Of a stretch of 64,000 nt of DNA, positions 18,285 through 27,306 are shown in pieces. A program made the translations under genes and the position numbers. The notes below the pieces were generated by a model. The model searched no databases, had not been told where the DNA came from, and was given only the letters and a program-made list of their open reading frames with translations. Origin of the DNA: Anaerolineales bacterium. GTDB lineage: Bacteria; Chloroflexota; Anaerolineae; Anaerolineales; UBA11579. Where the stretch lies: assembly GCA_026129255.1 (NCBI GenBank), contig JAHCIJ010000002.1, positions 386,234 through 450,233 on the forward strand, written 5' to 3'. Each line of letters starts with the position of its first letter. Within the stretch, counting starts at the first letter, position 1.

Positions 18285-18488
18285 ATGGACTTAGGAATGT
18301 TGTTTGAAGCCATCAATGCTTTAGGCGTAATTGGCTTGCTGGCCTTCATGGTGATGGCCTTTTACCGCGGCGATGTAGTGGCGCGCAGCTTGCTGGACCG
18401 CATCCTGGGCTTGTATGAGCAGCAGATCGGCGAACTCAGCGAGCGTATCCTGGCGCGCCTGGAGGAGGTGGTGATGAAGAAGGGATAA
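18285..18488 (+). CDS. Small single-TM protein with a coiled-coil tail (holin/lysis-like?)
   Basis: 'LFEAINALGVIGLLAFMVMAFY' TM segment followed by a charged helix. Start could be TTG 18279 or ATG 18285. Confidence 0.4.
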   Translation: MDLGMLFEAINALGVIGLLAFMVMAFYRGDVVARSLLDRILGLYEQQIGELSERILARLEEVVMKKG

Positions 18489-18553
18489 AGGAGAGGGGAT
18501 AAGGAGAAGGGCGAAGGAACAAACATTGTTTTATGAATAGGGGGGATGGAAAG

Positions 18554-18808
18554 ATGGAACAGACCTTGTATTGGTTGGTGGGTGTGCTGGGTGTGCCGTT
18601 GGTGAACTGGCTCAAACAGCGCTGGGGTTTGTACGGCCGGGCCGCTCTGTGGCTGACCACCGCCGTGGCCGCTGTACTCGGCTTGCTGGCCAGCCTGCTC
18701 AGCCAGCGGATAGGCACCGGCAGCCTGGAGCCGCAGGAACTGCTGGCGGCCTTCGGCCAGGTGTTGGCCGCGGCCACGCTGGCCTATAAGCTGCTCAGCG
18801 ACGAGTAG
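18554..18808 (+). CDS. Small multi-TM protein (holin-like?)
   Basis: 'LYWLVGVLGVPLV', 'AALWLTTAVAAVLGLLASLL', 'FGQVLAAATLAY'. An alternative start is at 18533. Confidence 0.4.
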   Translation: MEQTLYWLVGVLGVPLVNWLKQRWGLYGRAALWLTTAVAAVLGLLASLLSQRIGTGSLEPQELLAAFGQVLAAATLAYKLLSDE

Positions 18809-18981
18809 CCGCCTTCAATCCTGGCGCATAAGCCGAAGCAATCCCCAAGCGTGCGGTTTTTTGGCTTGGGGATTGCTTCGTGCGCAGGCAAGCCTGCGCC
18901 TCGCAAAGACGCGGTTTAGGCCTGGCCCTTGCTCCACTCTTCACTGCTCACTCTTTACTCTCTCCGCCTATAATCACTAGT

Positions 18982-19560
18982 ATGCACATCAGCATCGTAG
19001 ATGCCGCCGCGCTGCCCGCCGAAGGCCGCCAGCAGATGGCCGAAATCCTCACCGCCGCGTTTGTGCGCTGGCCCAATGCCTGGCCCACGCTGGCCGAGGC
19101 GCAGGAGGAGCTGGAGGAATTTGCTGGCGCTATTGCCGCGGGCGGGGACAGCGCACGTATCTGGCGGGCGGCCTTGGACGATGACGGCCGCGTGCTGGGG
19201 TGGATCGGTGGCCTGCCAGAGTATGACGGCCTGGTTTGGGAACTGCACCCGCTGGCCGTCGACCCTGGCCTTCAGCGCCGCGGCATTGGCCGCGCCCTGG
19301 TGCTTGATTTTGAGCAGCGCGTGGCCGAACGCGGCGGGCTGACGATTCAGCTGGGCAGTGATGACGAAAGTAACCTCACCTCTCTGGGTGGCCAGGACCT
19401 GTTTCCGCGCCCGCTTGAAAAGCTGCTGCAGATTGAAAACCTGCATGACCATCCCTATAGCTTCTACTTGAAGTTGGGTTACGAATTCATCGGCGTGGTG
19501 CCGGATGCCAACGGCTTCGGCAAGCCGGACATCATCATGGGCAAGCGGGTGGCGGCCTAA
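18982..19560 (+). CDS. GNAT acetyltransferase, AAC(6')-I-like
   Basis: 'ELHPLAVDPGLQRRGIGRALV' acetyl-CoA motif. The C-terminus 'LGSDDE..TSLGGQDLF...HPYSFYLKLGYEFIGVVPDANGFGKPDIIMGKRV' matches the AAC(6')-Iy-type tail as I remember it. Confidence 0.75.
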   Translation: MHISIVDAAALPAEGRQQMAEILTAAFVRWPNAWPTLAEAQEELEEFAGAIAAGGDSARIWRAALDDDGRVLGWIGGLPEYDGLVWELHPLAVDPGLQRRGIGRALVLDFEQRVAERGGLTIQLGSDDESNLTSLGGQDLFPRPLEKLLQIENLHDHPYSFYLKLGYEFIGVVPDANGFGKPDIIMGKRVAA

Positions 19561-19992
19561 GTGGACGCGGCCGCCTTGGCCGCTGCGGCGACGACGGCGC
19601 TGGCGGCCCACGGCTACCAGCCAGCCGAAGGCTGGCCCGAGCTTGACGCAAGTTACCAACGCGGGCTCGAATCCCTTGGCCTGGTGCTGCTGGCCGGGCG
19701 GGCGGATGCCTTCGCCCATTTGCAAGCTTTTGAAGACGGCATGCAGTGCCTGCTGGCCGCCCGCCAGCAGCGCCCGGTGGGCGGGCTGGCGCTGGCGGTG
19801 GACCTCTCCGCGGCGGCGCAGCGCCATGCAGCCTCGTATCGCCGCGCGCTCAATAAATATCAAAACTCAGTCGTGTTCGAAGATGCGGGGATCGGGCTGC
19901 TGTTGGCAGGCAGCGGGGATGCTGTGTGGTTGCAGCCTGCGGAGGTGAACGCGTTCTTGCGCGGCCTGGACCGCTGGCTGACGCTGGGCTAG
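19561..19992 (+). CDS. Hypothetical protein
   Basis: GTG start directly after the GNAT stop. Ala-rich, no motif. Confidence 0.35.
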   Translation: MDAAALAAAATTALAAHGYQPAEGWPELDASYQRGLESLGLVLLAGRADAFAHLQAFEDGMQCLLAARQQRPVGGLALAVDLSAAAQRHAASYRRALNKYQNSVVFEDAGIGLLLAGSGDAVWLQPAEVNAFLRGLDRWLTLG

Positions 19993-20032
19993 CGGGCGGG
20001 TCTAAGACCGGCCCTACAGAGGTAGCCCTCTA

Positions 20033-21634
20033 CTAATCGCTAGCAGTAAGCCACAGCGCGCCGCGGGCGGGCAGCTCAATGCTCCACGGCGCACCCGGTG
20101 CGGCGCCGGTGAAGGCTGCACCGCTGAGTAGGTCGTTCAGGTCTTCGCCGGGCAACGGAAAGGCTTCCAATTCCAGCGTTAATGCTTCGTCGCTGAAATT
20201 GAACACAGCCAGAATGGCGTACTCGCCTTCGCCACGTACGAAGGCCAGGCCGCCCTGGCCGCTCCAGCTGCCAGCCGGGAACGCGATGTGGCTGCTTTGC
20301 AGGCCCGGCGTGCTGGCGTACAGGCTGAGGATGTGGCGGTAATGATTGAGCAGCGAGTTGGGATCGCTATGCTGCTCTTCGTACGAAACACCATCGCTCG
20401 AAACGTTGAAGCTCACCGTGTCCATGAACCAAGTGGGTTGGCCGTCTCCGCGCTGCTCCGCGGTCCACTCCATAGGAGCGCGGCGGCAGCTATCGTAGTG
20501 GGGCGCAATGCACTTGCGCCCCGGCATGCCCAACTCCTCGCCATAGTAGACCAGCACCGGCCCGGGCAGCGCCCCCAGCAGGCTGGCGGCCAGGCGCTGG
20601 CGCTCAGCGTCGCCGCGCACCTCGCTGGCAATGCGGTCGGTATCGTGATTGCTGAGGAAGCGCAGGCTCAACCCCTCCTGCGGGTAGCGGCCGGCCTGTT
20701 CTTTGAACAGGCTATTGACCAGTATCGTGGAAGAGCGCCCATTGAGGATGCCATCGCCCGGCCCGTTGGGCAAAGCTTGCAGCAGGTTGTACAACGGAAA
20801 ATCAAACAGCGCGTCAAACTGCTCGGTGTAGTAAATGCTCAGGCTGCGCGGGTCGGTCACCCAGGCTTCGCCCAGCAGCAGCGCATCCGGATAATCTGAC
20901 TTGACGCTCTGGCGCAGGGAGACGAAGAACTCGGTAGGCGGAAAGGTGACATTGTCGACGCGGAAGCCATCCACGCCGCGCGCCAGCCAGAACAACGCCG
21001 CCTCAGTGAGGTATTCCACCACCTCGGGGTTGTAGTGGTTGAAGCGCGGCATATCCAAATTCTCGGCGAAGCTGGCGTAGCGCGTGTGCGCTTCATTGGT
21101 GAACACGAACCACTCCGTGTTCGCCGCGCCGGGGTTGTTGTAGGCTTCCTGGAACAGCGGATGCTCGTCTGAGAGATGCGATGGCACAAAGTCGAGGATG
21201 AGGCGCATGCCGCGGGCGTGCACGGCGGCCAGCAGTGTATCCAGATCCGCCAGGCTGCCATAGTCTGGGTGCACATCGAAGAAATCGGTGACATCGTACC
21301 CGTGCACCGAGGGCGAAGGGTAAATGGGCATGAGCCAGATCACATCCACGCCCAGGGCGTCCAAATACTCCAGTTTTTCGGCCACGCCTTGCAGATCACC
21401 GATGCCGTCTCCGTCTGAGTCGGCAAAGGAGCGCACGTAGATCTCGTACACCACGGCGTGCTGGAACCAGGCCGGCGTGGTGTACGGGATGGCAGTGGGT
21501 GCCGGAGTGGGGCTTGGGGTGGGGATGGTGGTGGCGGTAGCGGGCGCGACCGACGCAGCCGGGGCGCAGGCCGCCAGCACGCTCGCGGCCATCACGGCAA
21601 GCAGCAGCGCGGCAAGAATGCGCCGGTGCGCCAT
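20033..21634 (-). CDS. GH13 alpha-amylase-family lipoprotein
   Basis: Start 'MAHRRILAALLLAVMAASVLAAC' overlaps the upstream stop. GH13 motifs 'DGFRVDNV', 'GEAW', 'FLSNHDTDR'. Confidence 0.9.
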   Translation of the reverse strand: MAHRRILAALLLAVMAASVLAACAPAASVAPATATTIPTPSPTPAPTAIPYTTPAWFQHAVVYEIYVRSFADSDGDGIGDLQGVAEKLEYLDALGVDVIWLMPIYPSPSVHGYDVTDFFDVHPDYGSLADLDTLLAAVHARGMRLILDFVPSHLSDEHPLFQEAYNNPGAANTEWFVFTNEAHTRYASFAENLDMPRFNHYNPEVVEYLTEAALFWLARGVDGFRVDNVTFPPTEFFVSLRQSVKSDYPDALLLGEAWVTDPRSLSIYYTEQFDALFDFPLYNLLQALPNGPGDGILNGRSSTILVNSLFKEQAGRYPQEGLSLRFLSNHDTDRIASEVRGDAERQRLAASLLGALPGPVLVYYGEELGMPGRKCIAPHYDSCRRAPMEWTAEQRGDGQPTWFMDTVSFNVSSDGVSYEEQHSDPNSLLNHYRHILSLYASTPGLQSSHIAFPAGSWSGQGGLAFVRGEGEYAILAVFNFSDEALTLELEAFPLPGEDLNDLLSGAAFTGAAPGAPWSIELPARGALWLTASD

Positions 21635-22530
21635 CAACCCTTGACGCCGCCGACCGTGAGGCCGGAGACGATATAGCGCTGCAGCGCGAAGAACAGCAGC
21701 ACGGGCGGAATGCTCATGAGCAGCGCCAGCGCGAAGAAAGTCGACCACGGCGTGGTGTATTGGCCTTGCATCGAACGCAGCGCCATCGCCAGCGTAAAGC
21801 GCGAGGGGTCTTCCAGGAACAGCCAAGCCATCACAAACTCCGTCCAGCCAGCCATAAAGCCCAGCAGCACGGTGACCGCCAGGGCGGGCAGAGCCAATGG
21901 CACAATGATGCGGAAGAAGGCCTGCGTGACGGAGGCACCGTCGATCAGGGCGGCCTCTTCCAGCTCGGCCGGGATGGTGTCGAAGTAGCCTTTAAGGTTC
22001 CAGATGGCAAAGGGCAACGTGCCCGAGGTGTAGGCGATCGCCAGCCCCAACAGGGTCGAGCGCAGAGCCTCATCCCCCAGGCGGATCTGGCCCAGCAGCA
22101 CATACAGCGGGGTCACGGTGGCGGTGGCAGGCAGCATGAGCAGGGCAATGAAGCCCAGCAGGCCCACCTGGCGGCCGATGAAGCGAAAGCGCGAGAAGGC
22201 ATAGGCGGCCGAGGCGCCCAGCACTACGGCGAACAGCGCCGTGCCGAATGAGACGTACAGGCTGTTCACCAGCAGCTTGCCAAAGGTCATGCAGGTGGAG
22301 GCAACCGCTGGGTTGGTGCACAACAGCGGGTTGGGTTCGAACAGCACTTTGCGGAAGGATTCAAAGGATGCGCCGGACGGGATCAGGGTCAGCTCCAGCG
22401 GCTTATCAATGTTGCGTGGGTCGATGGCGATGGACACCATCCACACGATCGGGAACAGCACCGAGATAGTGACGCCGATCAGGAACGTATGCAACAGCAA
22501 CTTGCGCAGAAAGTCGGAGCGCTTATTCAT
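21634..22530 (-). CDS. Sugar ABC transporter permease (MalG-like)
   Basis: Six-TM permease with an 'EEAALIDGAS' EAA loop. Sits in an operon with MalF/MalE-like genes. Confidence 0.9.
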   Translation of the reverse strand: MNKRSDFLRKLLLHTFLIGVTISVLFPIVWMVSIAIDPRNIDKPLELTLIPSGASFESFRKVLFEPNPLLCTNPAVASTCMTFGKLLVNSLYVSFGTALFAVVLGASAAYAFSRFRFIGRQVGLLGFIALLMLPATATVTPLYVLLGQIRLGDEALRSTLLGLAIAYTSGTLPFAIWNLKGYFDTIPAELEEAALIDGASVTQAFFRIIVPLALPALAVTVLLGFMAGWTEFVMAWLFLEDPSRFTLAMALRSMQGQYTTPWSTFFALALLMSIPPVLLFFALQRYIVSGLTVGGVKG

Positions 22531-23755
22531 AGTAGGCCTTGGTGGCTTGAGTGACGCGGTTCTGGATCAACGTAATAACCAGTAGCACAAAGAACACCAC
22601 AATGCTGAAGGCGGCGGCGATGCCGTACAGACGCTGGGTGAAGACCAGTTTATAGGCTTGTGTCACCAGCAACTCGGTGCGGCCGAAGGGGCCGCCCTCC
22701 GAGATGAAGAAGATGATATTGAAATTGTTGAAGGTCCAGATGGTGCCCACCATGATGGCTGGCACCATGGCGGCGCGCAGCAGTGGCACGGTAATGCTCC
22801 AGAATTGTTGCCAGCCACTGGCGCCGTCCATGCGCGCCGCCTCGTACAGTTCTTCTGGGATGGCCTGCAGGGCGCCGGTGGCGATCACGGTCATGAACGG
22901 CCAGCCCAGCCAGATGTTGGGCAGCCACACCGCCCAGAAGGCGAAGGGCAGGCCCATATACATGATGGTGAGAGTGTAGGCAGCGTAGACCACGCCAGCG
23001 GCGGGCAGCCACACCAACCATTTGGGCACGCCGGACTTCCACAGGGCATTGATCGCAAAGATGGCTAGCGGCAATAGCACCACCAGACCCAGCGCCAGCC
23101 CGGCGCTGCCGCCAGCGGGCGGTGTGGTGGTCTCCAGCCAGCGGATGTCATTGTTGATACCGAGATCGAACCAGTCTGAGATCTTGCCAATAAGTTGGTT
23201 GATGGCGCCGAAGCGGCGGTCGTACATGTTGCGCCAGGTAAAGGCGATGATGAGGCCAGGGATGGCCCAGGGCAATACAAAGATGGCGCGGTACACGCGC
23301 TGCCCAGACAGGTTCTTACTGTTGAGGGCGACGGCAATCGCCACGCCGATGATGACATGGAAAACCACGTTGGCTACTGTCCAGCCAACGTTGAACTTGA
23401 GCAAGCGAATGAAATCGTAATTCTCGATGGGCAGGCGGCTGGTAAGCACGCGGATGAAATTCTCCAGCCCAACCAGGCTGGGGGCAAAGCGCTCCCAGGT
23501 TTCCGGATTGAACAGGTTGAAGCGCAGGTTTTGGATGTTGTAATCGGTGAAGGCCATCCAGCCCTGGTAAAGCTGCGGCAGCAGCGTGATGAACAGCATC
23601 AGGATGCCAGCCGGCAGGATGTACAGCCAGGCGCGCAACGTGTTGCTGAACAGCTTGCGCCGGGCGCCGCCCGCAGGGGGTGTCGTTTGAACGGGCTTGG
23701 GCAGGGTGTCCGTCAAAACTTGATCTCCGTTGACCTTGATTATATGCCTGTGCAA
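22523..23755 (-). CDS. Sugar ABC transporter permease (MalF-like)
   Basis: 'ELYEAARMDGASGWQQFWSITVPLL' EAA loop and a long periplasmic-type loop. Confidence 0.9.
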   Translation of the reverse strand: MHRHIIKVNGDQVLTDTLPKPVQTTPPAGGARRKLFSNTLRAWLYILPAGILMLFITLLPQLYQGWMAFTDYNIQNLRFNLFNPETWERFAPSLVGLENFIRVLTSRLPIENYDFIRLLKFNVGWTVANVVFHVIIGVAIAVALNSKNLSGQRVYRAIFVLPWAIPGLIIAFTWRNMYDRRFGAINQLIGKISDWFDLGINNDIRWLETTTPPAGGSAGLALGLVVLLPLAIFAINALWKSGVPKWLVWLPAAGVVYAAYTLTIMYMGLPFAFWAVWLPNIWLGWPFMTVIATGALQAIPEELYEAARMDGASGWQQFWSITVPLLRAAMVPAIMVGTIWTFNNFNIIFFISEGGPFGRTELLVTQAYKLVFTQRLYGIAAAFSIVVFFVLLVITLIQNRVTQATKAYYE

Positions 23756-23814
23756 TTGCAGGATGGGTGGTGTCCCCTAAGGGACACCACCCATCTTTCA
23801 CTGCGAAATGTTGC

Positions 23815-25047
23815 TTATTGGCCCAATGCGTCGTTGATGGCTTCTTCAGCCGCGGCCAACGCCGCTGCCGGGTCCGCCCCATCGCTCAGCACACTGCGCT
23901 GTGCGGTTTCCATCGGGCCCCAGTAGGCGCCCATGGCCGGGACTACGATCCAGCCTACGCCGCCGTTGAAGGCTTCGAGTGACTGCAGGCGCAGCGGGTC
24001 ATCCACAGAAACATTGACGTTCGAGGGGATGAACGCGCCGTCCGAGGCGTAGAACAGAGACTGCGCCTCTTCCGTTAGCAGGAACGCGATGAAGTCCTTA
24101 GCGGCCGCCGCGCGGGCGCCTTCGGCATTGTAGTTCAGGAAGATCGCACCAGTCTGCACAAAGCCAGACATACCGGCCGGCCACGCGTCGATGGCCAGGT
24201 CGTCACCCAGAGAGGCGGCCAGGTCACCCAGGTTCCAGGTGCCGTCCACGATCCAGCCTGCCTTGCCTTCCTTGAACAAAGCAACGTCATTGTCGTTGTA
24301 CCAGGCATCTGCGCCCAGTTCCACGGCGGTCAGTTGCTGCTCCAGCCATTCAATACCCTCAGGGGTGTTGAAGGCCGGGGAGCCGTCAGCATTCATCAGC
24401 GCGCCGCCCAGGCCGTACAGATGGCCATAGGAGAAGAACGAGCCGACTTCGATCAGCGCACCGTAGGTGTCGCCGCTGGTGGCGGCTTGCGCCTTGGCTA
24501 CCAGGTCATCCCAGCTGCTGGCCGGCTCCGGCTGGATGGCGGTGTTGCGGAACAGCACCACGCCCTTCAGCACGTAGGGCAGCATCACCTGGGCGCCGTT
24601 GTACTGGCCCACGCTCAGCGCGGCCTCGTTGACGCCGCCAGTCGGCACGTCTGAGAGGTCTGCCACCAGCATGGCGTCGTACATGGCCGGGCCCCAGTCA
24701 TCGCCACCGATCAGCAAGTCCGGACCTTCGCCAGTGGCGGCGGCAGTCTCAAACTTGTTGCGCAGGTCGTCGAACGGCGTGAAAAGCAGCTCGAACTCCA
24801 CGTTGGGATGGTCGGCCTGGTAGGCGGCGATGATCTCGGTGAGACCAGCCGTCTCTGTGTCCTTCAGCGAATGCCAAAGGGTGATCGTGACCGGCTCGGC
24901 GGCCGGTTCTTCGGCTGCGGGTTCCTCCGCGGCCGGTTCCTCGACTGATGGAGCCTGGGTGGCGGCCGGTGTGGCGGGGGCGCAGGCGGCCAGTACCAGG
25001 GAGAGTACCATCAGCAATGCGAGGAGCGAAAACAGTTTGTTCTTCAT
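23815..25047 (-). CDS. Sugar (maltodextrin-type) ABC substrate-binding lipoprotein
   Basis: Lipobox 'LSLVLAAC', an AEEPAAEEP linker, and a family-1 SBP body. Confidence 0.85.
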   Translation of the reverse strand: MKNKLFSLLALLMVLSLVLAACAPATPAATQAPSVEEPAAEEPAAEEPAAEPVTITLWHSLKDTETAGLTEIIAAYQADHPNVEFELLFTPFDDLRNKFETAAATGEGPDLLIGGDDWGPAMYDAMLVADLSDVPTGGVNEAALSVGQYNGAQVMLPYVLKGVVLFRNTAIQPEPASSWDDLVAKAQAATSGDTYGALIEVGSFFSYGHLYGLGGALMNADGSPAFNTPEGIEWLEQQLTAVELGADAWYNDNDVALFKEGKAGWIVDGTWNLGDLAASLGDDLAIDAWPAGMSGFVQTGAIFLNYNAEGARAAAAKDFIAFLLTEEAQSLFYASDGAFIPSNVNVSVDDPLRLQSLEAFNGGVGWIVVPAMGAYWGPMETAQRSVLSDGADPAAALAAAEEAINDALGQ

Positions 25048-25102
25048 ACCTTCCTCCTGAAGAAGGGTTTTAATGGTGGCGCAGCCTGCACAGGTTGCGC
25101 CA

Positions 25103-25134
25103 CTACAAAAACAAAAGCGCTTAATAGCGCTTTT
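25103..25134 (-). terminator. Rho-independent terminator downstream of the MarR gene
   Basis: On the minus strand: AAAAGCGC-TATTAA-GCGCTTTT followed by GTTTTTG. Confidence 0.6.
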
Positions 25135-25142
25135 GATCTGTA

Positions 25143-25586
25143 CTACTCAAGGTCAAGCAAATCCACCAATCCGGCGCGCAGCTTGTCCATCAGCTCGGCC
25201 AATTGAAGCTGCTCATCGTCGCCCAGCGTGCTAAAACGCCAGGCAAGCGATTCGTTGTGCTTCTTGTTGATCTCGGCGCGCACCTTGGCGCCAGTAGCGG
25301 TCAGCAGCACGCCCTGGGCTCGGCGATCGTGTGGGTCATCCACGCGCTGCACGTATTGCTTGGCTTCCAGTTGGTCGATCAGGCGCGTGACGGCGCTCTT
25401 GGAGCGCAGGATGCGCTTGCTCAGCTCCGTGAAGCGCACACCGATCTTGGTGTCCAGCTGGCGCAGCACGGACATCTGTGAGGTTGTAATGTCAAAATCG
25501 TTGAAAACAAGGGTGTCGCCGTAATCCATCAATACATATACATCGTGGATCAGGCGGTAGGGCTTCTGTGAATCCAGCGGACTCAT
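25143..25586 (-). CDS. MarR-family transcriptional regulator
   Basis: 'TSQMSVLRQL...FTELSKRILRSKSAVTRLIDQLEAKQYVQRVDDPHDRR' winged-HTH signature. Confidence 0.9.
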   Translation of the reverse strand: MSPLDSQKPYRLIHDVYVLMDYGDTLVFNDFDITTSQMSVLRQLDTKIGVRFTELSKRILRSKSAVTRLIDQLEAKQYVQRVDDPHDRRAQGVLLTATGAKVRAEINKKHNESLAWRFSTLGDDEQLQLAELMDKLRAGLVDLLDLE

Positions 25587-25716
25587 GGCAGTTAACCCAT
25601 CTTCGCCAAGCCGAGTTGTTCAGCGTCAAATAGTTTCATACGCAACTAATTTCGCTGATACGAATCATAAGCAAGTCGCCCAACCTGTCAAGGGGTGAAA
25701 GTTGGGCGCGGTTGGG

Positions 25717-27291
25717 CTAGGCGGGTAACTCGCCCAGATCCTTCATCAGTTCCAGAAATACGGGGGTAATTTCGGGGTCGAAGTGCTTGCCGGTCTGTTT
25801 TTGCAGGTACTCGGCAGCGCGTTGGGCGGGCCAGGCCTTGCGGTAGGGGCGGTCGCTCGTGAGCGCGTCCCACACATCCACCACGGCGAACAGGCGCGCC
25901 GCCGCAGGAATGCGCCGGCCTTTCAGGCGGCGCGGGTAGCCGCTGCCATTCCAGCGCTCATGATGGGCGTAGGGGATGGGTAGCGCTGAGTGCAAGAACA
26001 TGATGGGGCGCAGCATGTCCCGTGCGTACTGCGGGTGCTTGCGCATAATGCGCCATTCGCTCTCGTTTAGCTTGCCGGGTTTGTTCAGGATCGCATCCGG
26101 TACGCCCATCTTGCCAATGTCGTGCAGCAAGGCGCCGCGGCGGACGTCCGTGATCTCTGAGTCGTTGTAGCCCAGGCGCGCCGCCAGCTCCACCGCCAGG
26201 CGGGTCACGCGCTGCGTGTGCCCCTCGGTTTCCTGGTCACGCAGCTCCAGCGCCCTGGCCCAGCCCAGCAGGGTGCGCTCGTATTCCTCTTCGCGTTGGA
26301 TGTGTGCGCCCAGAATGTCTGCCACGGCGTGCAGCGCATCGGTTTCGGCTGCGCCCCATTTGCGCCGGCGCGTGATGGAGGCCAGGCTGATGCTGCCCCA
26401 CCACGTGGCGCCGGTGAAGATGGGCATAACCAACATGGAGCGGATCTCCTCCTGGCTCATCATGGCGCGTATGCTGGGGCTGAGCACATCCGTGCTGCTG
26501 CTCACAGGTTTCCCGGCTGCCAGCTGGCGCTGCCACTCACGCAGGCCGGCGTCCTCATGGGCGATGTTGCGCAGGCCAATGCGGTCTTTGAAGCGCGGCG
26601 CAGACACCCACTCGCGGCGCAGGGTCAGCGTGGTGCCTTTGTTATTACGGTTGGGGATGTTTTGGAACAGGCGCACGCGCTCTACGCGCGTGGCTTTGCC
26701 CAGGCTTTGCAGCATATCCGGGATTGGCTCTACATACTTATCCGCCTTGAGCGTATCTTCGGCAATATCGGCGATCGTCTCGAGGATCGAGCCGCGGTAC
26801 TGCAGGCCGGCTTGGGCGCGCTTGCGCGCTTGCAGCTCATTGGTGAGTTTGGCGTTCAGGCCGGAGAGCTGCCGCGTGCGCAGTTTTATACGTCCTTCAA
26901 GCTGTGCGTTGAGATAGTGCAGCGCTTTCTCCGCCGCTTCGCGCAGGCGTATTTCTTTTAGCAGCTCTTTGCGCGTCTCGCTGATGTAGCCAGTGCTGGC
27001 GCCGTAAAAAAGAATAATGAAGGTGTTGAATACCAGCTCCAGGGGCGCCTCCAACGAATTGGAACCGGCGAAGAGGAGCAGCACCATATTGGCGGAGATG
27101 GATACCAAGGCGGCAATGATGCCGCCGCCCAGCCCGGTGTGCCAGGCGATCGCCAATACGGGGATGGCCGCCGCCGTTCCGGCGACGTTGCCTAAGTAGG
27201 GGTATCCGTAGAAAACGAGGATAACGTAGCTTGTGAAGCAAACAAGTAAAACGGCAAATTGATAAGGGAAATCGCTTTGCCGGTCATTCAT
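25717..27291 (-). CDS. Membrane-anchored GAF / HD-GYP domain protein (c-di-GMP phosphodiesterase type)
   Basis: N-terminal TM segments, a coiled coil, and 'HTQRV...LLHDIGKMGVPDAILNKPGKL...HHERWNGSGYP'. Confidence 0.9.
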   Translation of the reverse strand: MNDRQSDFPYQFAVLLVCFTSYVILVFYGYPYLGNVAGTAAAIPVLAIAWHTGLGGGIIAALVSISANMVLLLFAGSNSLEAPLELVFNTFIILFYGASTGYISETRKELLKEIRLREAAEKALHYLNAQLEGRIKLRTRQLSGLNAKLTNELQARKRAQAGLQYRGSILETIADIAEDTLKADKYVEPIPDMLQSLGKATRVERVRLFQNIPNRNNKGTTLTLRREWVSAPRFKDRIGLRNIAHEDAGLREWQRQLAAGKPVSSSTDVLSPSIRAMMSQEEIRSMLVMPIFTGATWWGSISLASITRRRKWGAAETDALHAVADILGAHIQREEEYERTLLGWARALELRDQETEGHTQRVTRLAVELAARLGYNDSEITDVRRGALLHDIGKMGVPDAILNKPGKLNESEWRIMRKHPQYARDMLRPIMFLHSALPIPYAHHERWNGSGYPRRLKGRRIPAAARLFAVVDVWDALTSDRPYRKAWPAQRAAEYLQKQTGKHFDPEITPVFLELMKDLGELPA

Positions 27292-27306
27292 AATCGCCCC
27301 GTTATC

